The notes beneath the pieces were generated by a model, which was not told the DNA's origin, ran no database searches, and was given only the letters and a program-made list of their open reading frames with translations. From contig CAYOLO010000003.1 in NCBI GenBank assembly GCA_964404855.1, forward strand, positions 1 through 62,153: 62,153 nucleotides of DNA, in the 5' to 3' direction. Position numbers and translations under genes: made by a program. Within the stretch, counting starts at the first letter, position 1, and every line of letters begins with the position of its first letter. This DNA is from an uncultured Gammaproteobacteria bacterium (GTDB taxonomy: Bacteria > Patescibacteriota > Microgenomatia > CAYQLK01). Below are positions 1-7,273 of this stretch, in pieces.

Positions 1-2
1 TT

Positions 3-149
3 GTAGCAGAAACTAAGGATACTAATAACATTAGTAGTCTCCGCCAAGAGGAGCAAATTAAAATACTCTCTGCACGGGCTATGTTTAAGGAGGTCATGCC
101 GGAGGTTATTTTCAAAGCTCCCGTAAGCGAGTTTAGCGACCTTGCATGA
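3..149 (+). CDS. 5'-truncated hypothetical protein (C-terminus only)
   Basis: Open frame from window edge (VAETKDTNNISSLRQEE...SEFSDLA*); TGA overlaps next ATG (ATGA). Confidence 0.5.
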   Translation, partial: VAETKDTNNISSLRQEEQIKILSARAMFKEVMPEVIFKAPVSEFSDLA

Positions 150-316
150 TAAGCAAAAAAAGTGCTGATAATCTGAAAAAGATATTTAAGGAGGAGTACA
201 AAGCCGACTTAACAGACGAGGAGGCAAAGGAAGCGGGTCAAAAGTTGGTTGACTACTTTAGTCTTTTAATTGAGATTGATAAGAAAGCCAAAATTGTAAG
301 AAAAAATGAAAAATGA
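146..316 (+). CDS. 56-aa small helical protein, not in ORF track
   Basis: MISKKSADNLKKIFKEEYKADLTDEEAKEAGQKLVDYFSLLIEIDKKAKIVRKNEK*; overlaps both neighbours; resembles small proteins I recall beside CPR recombinases. Confidence 0.7.
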   Translation: MISKKSADNLKKIFKEEYKADLTDEEAKEAGQKLVDYFSLLIEIDKKAKIVRKNEK

Positions 317-605
317 AGATGGAATTACTATTACGTGTCCTAAGTGTGGAAGAATAAAATTAGAAGCCTATCAAAACGAGGGCGTGCTTGCTGGCTTAGT
401 GCAGACTAAATGCGAAAGGTGTAAAACTATAACAGATTTTCTTATGCTCCAAGATAAAGTGTATATCTACGACGATAAATTAAGGAATAACCCTAAACGA
501 ATTAAGAAATTACTTAACGAGTTCAAAAACAAATTGCCTAACGATAGAAAAATTGATATACTAGAAGCAATAACGGAGACGTTATTAGGAAACGAAAAAT
601 CATAG
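306..605 (+). CDS. Com-like (phage Mu Com family) zinc-finger regulator
   Basis: TCPKCGRIKLE...VQTKCERCKT, CxxC-x24-CxxC, followed by a hairpin-rich leader. Confidence 0.65.
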   Translation: MKNEDGITITCPKCGRIKLEAYQNEGVLAGLVQTKCERCKTITDFLMLQDKVYIYDDKLRNNPKRIKKLLNEFKNKLPNDRKIDILEAITETLLGNEKS

Positions 606-638
606 CCATTGTCTTCTGGCTCTAAAGTTGAAGATTTG

Positions 639-688
639 AGGCTCACGAAGCCCTAACCAATTGCGAAATTGGTGGAGGGCTTTTTTTT
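639..688 (+). promoter_or_regulatory. Two-state terminator/antiterminator-like hairpin switch
   Basis: AGCCCT (650-655) can pair with AGGGCT 639-644 or AGGGCT 676-681; the latter forms a GCGA-loop hairpin followed by T8. Confidence 0.6.
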
Positions 689-708
689 ATGCCCCAAATC
701 AAAAAACT

Positions 709-960
709 ATGAGTACAATGACTATGAAAAATGAGCTTTATTCTACTTCTGATTTACCCCTTGTAGCGACGCTATCCCTCTATTTTCCCGTAGAGAAAAT
801 TGACACAACTAACCCACGTCGCACTTCTTTCTTATTTCTCCAAACCACCGAACTAAACGACTTGATAACCAAGTATTGGCGAAAGGAACTACGCATAGAA
901 CCCTTAGCCTTTTTTAATCAGTTAAAAACGGTCAAAACCATGCTTTATTCAAGAGTTTAG
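709..960 (+). CDS. DUF5659-like protein
   Basis: YSTSDLPLVATL...FLF...YWRKELRIEPLAFFNQLKTVK pattern; start probably ATG 709/718/724, not TTG 661 inside the hairpin. Confidence 0.7.
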   Translation: MSTMTMKNELYSTSDLPLVATLSLYFPVEKIDTTNPRRTSFLFLQTTELNDLITKYWRKELRIEPLAFFNQLKTVKTMLYSRV

Positions 961-971
961 CTATGTAACCT

Positions 972-1613
972 ATGAGAAATAATGAAGATGTAAATAAGAA
1001 ATTAGGAGGTTATTACCCCACTTATAGGGGCAAATTACTATTGCTTAAATCTAAGGCACTAACTTTTCAAGAGTATGTATTGTATGACGCTAGTATCGCA
1101 CTTGCTGACTGGGATAAAAAACATGGAGACCGCTACGGGACATTAAAACTATCGCAGGAGGAAATTGAGGTAGTGCTGGGATGTAGCAAAGGGTTTGTAT
1201 CCCGTCATGGAAAGGAGCTATATAAAAAGGGCTTCTGGGAAAAAGACGAGTATGGCAGAACTCGTGTAGTAGGCTTTGAGCTAATTGAAACTGGGCTACT
1301 TAAAACAATTACCAAAAAAGATAAGGTAGTAAATCTACAAAATTATATTGCAAATAAGCAAATCTATGACGCATTACTACAACAAGATATTGCAGAAAAG
1401 CAACTGATAAGCTCTAAAGAAGAGAGTACTTTTCAAGGCAAAAGTGTTGCAGATATACAACCTCCCCGTCCTATATCTGATTTAGTTTCCTCTAAGGGTG
1501 AATATAGTTTTAGAGATACTAGTACTGGTTTATCAGATGAAGATATTAGATTAATTGAGGAAAGTTTAGCCGAAAGTACGCAAGTTAAGGGTAAGGAGGG
1601 TGGCTATGATTAA
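972..1613 (+). CDS. Winged-HTH protein, phage/plasmid replication-initiator-like
   Basis: LSQEEIEVVLGCSKGFVSRHGKELYKKGF HTH-like segment; low-complexity C-terminus; position in element. Confidence 0.55.
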   Translation: MRNNEDVNKKLGGYYPTYRGKLLLLKSKALTFQEYVLYDASIALADWDKKHGDRYGTLKLSQEEIEVVLGCSKGFVSRHGKELYKKGFWEKDEYGRTRVVGFELIETGLLKTITKKDKVVNLQNYIANKQIYDALLQQDIAEKQLISSKEESTFQGKSVADIQPPRPISDLVSSKGEYSFRDTSTGLSDEDIRLIEESLAESTQVKGKEGGYD

Positions 1614-1800
1614 GCCGACACCTCCTGCTCCAACAACAACATTTTCCAAGGACGAAATTATTGAGCAGAAAATGAGGCTCTTGGCTAATTTTATGATTGA
1701 CCGAATTTTGGAAAACAAGGAAATTAAACCATCTATAGAAATCCCTAAAAATGCTATTATTAAAGTAACTCCATCTCGCAAGGATGGAACACAATTATGA
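1600..1800 (+). CDS. Small hypothetical protein
   Basis: 66 aa; overlaps upstream ORF and recombinase start (ATGA); GGAGG upstream. Confidence 0.6.
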   Translation: MAMIKPTPPAPTTTFSKDEIIEQKMRLLANFMIDRILENKEIKPSIEIPKNAIIKVTPSRKDGTQL

Positions 1801-3575
1801 GCATTACAATGAAAAAAGCTGTTATTGCAGTTAGGGTGTCTTCCACAAAGCAAGGCTTGGTTGGTGATAGTCCAGAAGACCAGAAAATGCTACTTGATAA
1901 GCTGGCGATTACTCTTAATGCAAAGGCTCTAAAAGTCTTCAAATTCGTGCAATCTGCCTCTGGCGATATACAGCCGAACCAAGAAGCCATAGATTATTGT
2001 AAAAACCATAAGGTAGATTACTTTCTAATCAAATCCATAGACCGCTTTACTCGTGGCGGAGCTTACCAATATGAGTTTTTGAAGTCTCAACTTACCAAAT
2101 ACGGTGTTCAGTTGGTTGACGCCTACGGTATCGTAGGTAGGCAATCCATCAATACGCTAGACCATTTAGATATTGAATATAAATGGTCTAGGTATAGCCC
2201 TACCAAGAACTCTGAAATACTAGAGGCAGAACGAGCAAAAGATGAAATAAGGGATATCTTAAGCCGTTTAATTGGAGCAGAAATACGTTATACACGGTTA
2301 GGCTACGCAGTATTTAATTCTCAATTTGGACTTATGAACAAAAAGGTGGAAACGGTACACGGCAAGCGAGTTATACGGGTAAAACATCCCAAAGAGGGCG
2401 AATGGGTAATAAAAATGTTTAATTTACGTGCTGAGGGGCGTCTAAAGGACTACGAAATTGTAAACGAACTAAACCTAGATGGCTTTAGAACCAGACAAAC
2501 TAAAATTAGAAGTAGTGAAAACCCAAACATAACAATTGGCTATAAGGATGGAAAACAACTTACGGTTAAAATGCTCCAAAATTATATAAAAAACCCAATT
2601 TATGCGGGAGTTATAGTTGGCAAGTGGACGAACGGACTACCTATTAAAGCGCAATTTGACGGCATAGTAGATATAGACACGTTTAATAAGGCTAACAGAG
2701 GCAAAATCACCTTAATAAAAGATGGTAACGAGATAACGATGTATAGAGGAAAAGTACCGCTCTGGCGAACCGCTAAAAATAGAGATAATCCATTATTTCC
2801 GTATAAAAACTATGTGCTTTGCCCTAGCTGTAAAAATCCATTTCTGGGGAGCGCACCTAGAAGCAAAAGTGGAAAACATATACCTATTTACCATTGTGGA
2901 AGCAAATCAAGCAGTATACGAAAGCACGATTATTTAGGCATAAACAAAAAAGAATTTGAGGAAACTATTAGTAATCTATTGGCTCACGTCCATTTTAATG
3001 ACGATTTTAAGCAAAAGTTTATAAACATATTTTTTGAAGAATGGGAGAAAAGACGCAAAGAGGCGTCCCAAAAGACCATAGATTATGGTAAGCAGATAAG
3101 TGATTTATCTATAGAAATTAACTCGTTAATTGAAAAAATCTCGCTACTATCCTTACCAGAGGCTATACAGTCCATAGAGGAAAAGATTGGTGAGAAGAAA
3201 GCACGAAAAGCACAACTTATCCAAGCACGAGATAAAGGCGAGGATGAAGAGCTAAAAATTGACGGTTTAATGAACCAAGCAAAATACTTTATGGAACACC
3301 TAGAAGAATTGTTGACTGGAGGCTCAAATCCTCTTGTTAATGGGGCTATATTTGGTCTGCTTTTTGATGAGCGACCAACCTACCAAGATTTACTTAATGG
3401 AACACCGAAATTATCGCCTCTATTCAAGCTAAACGATACTTTCGTCTCTTCAAAAGAAGAGTTTGTGACCCGACTGGGACTCGAACCCAGAACACCTCGC
3501 TTAAAAGGCGAGTGCTCTACCATTGAGCTATCGGGCCATAAAACTAATACGCGCGGGGTATTTTACTCTAAATAG
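1797..3575 (+). CDS. Large serine recombinase (resolvase + recombinase + Zn-ribbon/coiled coil)
   Basis: VRVSSTKQ catalytic Ser motif, SIDRFTR, CPSC...YHC ribbon, coiled coil; last ~36 codons run antisense through and past tRNA-Lys. Confidence 0.93.
   Translation: MSITMKKAVIAVRVSSTKQGLVGDSPEDQKMLLDKLAITLNAKALKVFKFVQSASGDIQPNQEAIDYCKNHKVDYFLIKSIDRFTRGGAYQYEFLKSQLTKYGVQLVDAYGIVGRQSINTLDHLDIEYKWSRYSPTKNSEILEAERAKDEIRDILSRLIGAEIRYTRLGYAVFNSQFGLMNKKVETVHGKRVIRVKHPKEGEWVIKMFNLRAEGRLKDYEIVNELNLDGFRTRQTKIRSSENPNITIGYKDGKQLTVKMLQNYIKNPIYAGVIVGKWTNGLPIKAQFDGIVDIDTFNKANRGKITLIKDGNEITMYRGKVPLWRTAKNRDNPLFPYKNYVLCPSCKNPFLGSAPRSKSGKHIPIYHCGSKSSSIRKHDYLGINKKEFEETISNLLAHVHFNDDFKQKFINIFFEEWEKRRKEASQKTIDYGKQISDLSIEINSLIEKISLLSLPEAIQSIEEKIGEKKARKAQLIQARDKGEDEELKIDGLMNQAKYFMEHLEELLTGGSNPLVNGAIFGLLFDERPTYQDLLNGTPKLSPLFKLNDTFVSSKEEFVTRLGLEPRTPRLKGECSTIELSGHKTNTRGVFYSK
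3466..3537 (-). tRNA. tRNA-Lys(TTT)
   Basis: GGCCCGA/TCGGGTC acceptor, CTCGC-CTTTTAA-GCGAG anticodon arm, GGTTCGAGTCC T arm; CCA not encoded. Confidence 0.97.
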
Positions 3576-3744
3576 AAAGGCTAAGACAAGCGTAATTTTA
3601 AATATAGTTTTGACTAACAATTATATAATGGTAAGGCTTGTTGGCTAGTACCTTAAAAAGCCGCCACCTCTTAAGTTCCCCACCCGCCAAACCACTCCTT
3701 GTTCGTGACCCCCAATCAAACAGAAGGACAAAAAAGTAACCACA

Positions 3745-4146
3745 ATGAAACTCTTTCGCGTCGTTCCGACCGAGGGTGATGGAGAATAGTGGGGAATACT
3801 GGTGCTGGCTGAAACTGAGGTTGATGCCACCACTGACCCCTGCCTGAGCCTCAATCGTCCGTCCAATCGCAATGGCCGAGGCAAGCTCTGCTACCAAGCA
3901 ACCGAACTGACAACGGCCAGAAAAACGGATGTCGAAGCCGCTCATCACTGCCCTAAATACATCTGGGCTTTTGATGACAGCTCAAACTTGGGCCGAGACT
4001 TCTTGGCTCTAGAACTTAAGCGCAGGCACGAGCACAGGCCAATGGCCGAGCTTAGGCTTCCGCGAATCGTCGGCAAGGTGTCGAGCGCCAAGCCAAGATC
4101 AAGGGTAAGGGAGTCAGGCGAACAGCCTGAAAGTATCGCGAGCTGA
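3745..4146 (+). pseudogene. Orphan ORF interrupted by one in-frame TAG (codon 15)
   Basis: ATG 3745 with upstream AAGGA is in frame with track ORF 3802-4146: MKLFRVVPTEGDGE*WGILVLAETEV... Confidence 0.45.
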
Positions 4147-4186
4147 CCCTCTGGCAGAGGTCTCTCCACTAGCAGGCAAGCACAAC

Positions 4187-4223
4187 ACCCCCTGCGACTA
4201 AAAATCAAAGGGGGGTTTTCTTT
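4187..4223 (+). terminator. Rho-independent terminator
   Basis: ACCCCCT...AGGGGGGT followed by TTTTCTTT. Confidence 0.6.
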
Positions 4224-4239
4224 AACAAGGACAAAAACC

Positions 4240-4452
4240 GTGCGCAAGAACTACCGAGTGTACTGCACTCGCGGAGTGCACCCCTACGAACCAATCGTTA
4301 CTGCTGGAAGTCCAGACGAGGCAATAGCCAAAGTCAAAGACAGTTTCAGCCGACTGTACGGCAAGAAAATGAAAGGCGAAGAAGGTTGTCGGAAATCAGG
4401 AGAAGATTGCAGTTTGTCTGCAGTCCAAACAGCCAAAAAAGCTGAAAGTTAA
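4240..4452 (+). CDS. Orphan hypothetical protein (70 aa)
   Basis: GTG start with AAGGA upstream; terminator follows stop. Confidence 0.55.
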   Translation: MRKNYRVYCTRGVHPYEPIVTAGSPDEAIAKVKDSFSRLYGKKMKGEEGCRKSGEDCSLSAVQTAKKAES

Positions 4453-4454
4453 CT

Positions 4455-4488
4455 ATCCCCTTTTGTGTAATAAGAAAAGGGGATTTTT
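4455..4488 (+). terminator. Rho-independent terminator
   Basis: ATCCCCTTTT...AAAAGGGGAT then T-run. Confidence 0.7.
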
Positions 4489-4558
4489 GTGTAAATATTT
4501 AGAATCGGGACAAACAACGATTTTTTTGCTAAAATTCGCAAGCTATTACTGTAGTCAC

Positions 4559-4632
4559 GGCCCCGTCGTCTAGTGGCCTAGGACACTTGGTTTTCATCCA
4601 AGAGATCAGGGGTTCGACTCCCCTCGGGGCTA
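4559..4632 (+). tRNA. tRNA-Glu(TTC)
   Basis: GGCCCCG/CGGGGCT acceptor, CTTGG-TTTTCAT-CCAAG anticodon arm, GGTTCGACTCC T arm. Confidence 0.97.
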
Positions 4633-4645
4633 CAAAATACAAAAT

Positions 4646-4678
4646 GTCGTTTATTTTTTGAAATAAGCGGCTTTTTTT
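4646..4678 (+). terminator. tRNA-Glu terminator
   Basis: GTCGTTTATTT/AAATAAGCGGC stem plus T7. Confidence 0.7.
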
Positions 4679-4720
4679 GTATGAAAAAGCCCCGTCTCAC
4701 AAATGAATGGAAAGCGGGGC
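4675..4720 (-). repeat. 46-bp terminator repeat, copy 1
   Basis: TTTTGTATGAAAAAGCCCCG..CAAATGAATG..CGGGGC; 39/46 identical to 5028-5073; GCCCCG/CGGGGC stem with U-tract on minus strand. Confidence 0.85.
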
Positions 4721-4741
4721 GGTTCGACAACCATGAGATAA

Positions 4742-4954
4742 TCAATGGTCTGCGACAGGTGGCTTGGTCCGAACGATGAAGGTGGCCATAATGTATGTCT
4801 CCTTTTCATCCTCTTGGTTGCGCCAAGTGTAAGGGGTGTACTTTGTTTCGACCAGTTCGGCGTCTTCACCGAGTTCAGCCAACCATTCATTGATGTCGTT
4901 TTCCTTGTTATCAGGGTTCGCCCCATCGATGTCGAATATCTTGATCTTAAGCAA
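4742..4954 (-). CDS. Orphan 70-aa protein (weak resemblance to Cse60/DUF2758-like)
   Basis: TTG start with AGGAGAAGG SD, own promoter and terminator; IKIFD...ENDINEWL. Confidence 0.7.
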   Translation of the reverse strand: MLKIKIFDIDGANPDNKENDINEWLAELGEDAELVETKYTPYTWRNQEDEKETYIMATFIVRTKPPVADH

Positions 4955-4982
4955 GTGACCTTCTCCTAAAAGTGCTTAGGCG

Positions 4983-5011
4983 ATTCTATACTATAGGGTT
5001 AATAATTTCAA
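4983..5011 (-). promoter_or_regulatory. Sigma70-type promoter of the 70-aa orphan
   Basis: TTGAAA-17-TAGAAT. Confidence 0.7.
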
Positions 5012-5373
5012 GAAGATGGGTGAGTAGTTTTGTATGAAAAAGCCCCGCAATGCAAATGAATGCAAAACGGGGCAAGTGACGTTTCGGCCAAAACTAGGCT
5101 TACACCCATCTTGTTCCGATAACGAGTCGCCATTTCGATTGCTGTTTCGGCACTGACAGCTCTGCTGGCTTGGATGACTTTGTAGTCAGTGCCTAGGGCG
5201 AGCTTGGATAAGCCCGAGTAGGCAACGACACTGCTGTCAAACCAAGCGGAAGCGCCTGCGACGGAGGTAATGCTGTGAGCAATTCCTCCACCAGCGGCTG
5301 TTTCGACAATAGCCACTTTGAGGTTCTTAGCAAGACAAACTTTCTTTATCTTGCCCACTAATCTCTTGTTCAT
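5008..5373 (-). pseudogene. pncC: PncC/CinA-C NMN deamidase, 3'-truncated
   Basis: KVAIVETAAGGG, GASAWFDSSVVAYS..K, AVSAETAIEMA; homology ends at LAETSLA (GIAGP region) where the frame runs into the terminator repeat. Confidence 0.75.
5028..5073 (-). repeat. 46-bp terminator repeat, copy 2 (inside pncC frame)
   Basis: 39/46 identity to 4675-4720. Confidence 0.85.
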
Positions 5374-5516
5374 TTCTTGATTCCTTTCGTGTCTTTTGTA
5401 CGCTATCTATCGGTTAAAAAAATAAATGAAGGTTGCCCAAACATTTAAGGTTTTGATATCGAATAGAAGTGAAACTTTTAGGACACTTCTTACTTTTTTT
5501 TGTTTTTAACGAGCTA

Positions 5517-5535
5517 TGGTGTAATTATTACACTA
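5517..5535. promoter_or_regulatory. Putative NrtR operator upstream of pncC
   Basis: Palindrome GTGTAATTATTACAC overlapping the -10 region of a minus-strand TTGACA promoter (5547-5552). Confidence 0.7.
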
Positions 5536-5574
5536 AGTCTTAAAAATGTCAAGTACTTAAAATAACTAGGAAAA

Positions 5575-6264
5575 TTAGTTGAAGAATTCGAGATCGGTAC
5601 TGCGGAATCTGAAGAGCTCTGCTGGTCTGTGGGCAGAGTCTGCTCTTTTCTTCTTGGTACTGGTTAGCAGTTTGGTAGCGAGCATTTTTTTGCGAAAATT
5701 ACGCTTGTCAATTGTGGTACCGAGAATTACTTCGTAGACTTTTTGAAGTTCAGTCAATGTAAATTCTTTAGGTAATAGTCCGTAAGCGATATTGGAATAC
5801 TGAATTTTACTTTTGAGTCTTTTGATACCAAATTTGATAATTTCTTTATGGTCAAAAGCTATTTCAGTTGGAAGTTTTTTGACATCAAAGAGTTGAGAAT
5901 CAGTTACAGACTCACTTGTAACGGAGCGATAATTATCAGCACTAGTTAGAGCAAAATAGACTACTGTAATAACTCTGGTTCTTGGGTCGCGTTTAGGATC
6001 ACCAAAGGTTGCAAGCTGTTCCAGGTAAAGATTTTCATAGCCAGCTTTTAATGATAATTTGCGCTTAACTGTTTCTTCTAAGGTTTCTTTCATGTCGATA
6101 AAACCACCTGGAAGAGCCCAGTAATCCTTAAACGGCTCACTTGCTCTTTTGACAAGAGCGACTTTTAAAACATCATCAACAATCGTAAACACTAGTGCAT
6201 CAACGGTCACTGACGGCCTGTCGAAGGTTTTGGGGTCGTATTTTGGCGTTGGCTTTTTGTTCAT
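5575..6264 (-). CDS. nrtR: NrtR transcriptional regulator (Nudix + wHTH)
   Basis: RPSVTVD, WALPGGF, EQLATFGDPKRDPRTRVITVVY, LAFDH-like IAFDHKEI, FTLTELQKVYE...DKRNFRKKM, HRPAELF. Confidence 0.92.
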   Translation of the reverse strand: MNKKPTPKYDPKTFDRPSVTVDALVFTIVDDVLKVALVKRASEPFKDYWALPGGFIDMKETLEETVKRKLSLKAGYENLYLEQLATFGDPKRDPRTRVITVVYFALTSADNYRSVTSESVTDSQLFDVKKLPTEIAFDHKEIIKFGIKRLKSKIQYSNIAYGLLPKEFTLTELQKVYEVILGTTIDKRNFRKKMLATKLLTSTKKKRADSAHRPAELFRFRSTDLEFFN

Positions 6265-7273
6265 AGTTATCTTTAATTATAGTGTTAATTTTTCTCGAGG
6301 CAATTTTTAACCTTTGTTCGGGAGTACCCTCCACTAGTATGTATGGCAATTTGCGAAGGTTAAGTTGGCGAATAAACTTTTTTTGCATATCGTGTCTTAT
6401 GTCTTCCCCGTCGCGAGTTCCATCCTGAACAAATGGGATTTCATCACCTGTAACGATATACAGGTCAGGCTTGGGGTGAGTATTAAGAAATCTTTCAATC
6501 GATCTAGAGTAACTTCCCATATATCTGTGGTGCCAAAGTGCAGTAGCGAAAGCGTCAGTATCTAGTATCAAAACCTTGTTGGCGATTTGGGCAAGTTTGT
6601 CTTCAAAGCTGGTTTGTGATTTGGCGATAAAATTAAACTCGTCTGTTTGCCAGTTAGCATTAAGATTGGTCATTTTGCCCTCTGAATACATTCTGCCAAA
6701 CTCAGGCACCCAAGCTGTTTGATATTTCTTGGCAAGAGCCGTGGCTAATGTTGTGGTCCCTGTTGATTCAGCGCCAACTATGGCGATTCTTTTGACGAAG
6801 TAAGAACGAACTATTGGGTGAAGAAAATCAAGAGCTTCAAGTGGGTTTTGTCTGACAATGGTGCCAGAAATTGGAATTGTAGCGCGTTTTTTGTCGACTA
6901 GAAAATGTTTGCAGCCCATTGCTTTGGCCCATGGGTCGCCATAATCTTCAGATGTAAAACAGGCATCTGGTACATATCCAAGCCAGTTGATAGTAGCTTT
7001 GGCCCAACCTTCAGTGTCATCATCATCTAGTTCGTCGTCATTAATAAGAATGACTCTGGCTTTTGGATGAATCTGCTTAATCCACTGGTAACGAAGCTTT
7101 GGATCAATCCACTGATTGGATCTACCACAAACAATAACCGTTAATTTTTCACTATTTTCTAAAGCCGTATCGATTAAGAACTTGTGCCCGAGGTGTGGCG
7201 GATAGAATTTACCGATAACAACTGCAGTTTTATAAAGTTTTTTAGGTGAGTTCATTTGAGTGATTTTTGCCAT
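6200..7273 (-). CDS. nadR: NadR-like NMN adenylyltransferase / ribosylnicotinamide kinase, no HTH
   Basis: GKFYPPHLGH, FTSEDYG, ISGT; kinase half GAESTGTTT, EFGRMY, DTDAFAT, FVQDGTR. Confidence 0.88.
   Translation of the reverse strand: MAKITQMNSPKKLYKTAVVIGKFYPPHLGHKFLIDTALENSEKLTVIVCGRSNQWIDPKLRYQWIKQIHPKARVILINDDELDDDDTEGWAKATINWLGYVPDACFTSEDYGDPWAKAMGCKHFLVDKKRATIPISGTIVRQNPLEALDFLHPIVRSYFVKRIAIVGAESTGTTTLATALAKKYQTAWVPEFGRMYSEGKMTNLNANWQTDEFNFIAKSQTSFEDKLAQIANKVLILDTDAFATALWHHRYMGSYSRSIERFLNTHPKPDLYIVTGDEIPFVQDGTRDGEDIRHDMQKKFIRQLNLRKLPYILVEGTPEQRLKIASRKINTIIKDNYEQKANAKIRPQNLRQAVSDR

Larger units (their letters stand above)
1..3465 (+). mobile_element. End of a tRNA-Lys-integrated element (integrative element or prophage); other boundary lies outside the window
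   Basis: Co-oriented, tightly overlapping small ORFs ending in a large serine recombinase at the 3' end of tRNA-Lys; no GATC or TCGA found by eye, unlike the backbone. Confidence 0.85.

Noticed and set aside
661-708. TTG start extension of the DUF5659-like ORF
   Set aside because: Lies within the hairpin and T-run; downstream ATGs fit better.
3787-3789. Genome-wide stop-codon reassignment
   Set aside because: TAG, TGA and TAA all terminate genes at expected positions; the in-frame TAG is isolated.
3598-4247. Minus-strand ORFs 3598-3948, 3645-3884, 3945-4247
   Set aside because: Shadow frames; SD and terminators support the plus strand.
4675-5073. 46-bp direct repeats as a CRISPR array or integron attC sites
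   Set aside because: Only two copies ~307 bp apart, terminator structure, no cas or intI, no GTTRRRY/RYYYAAC core.
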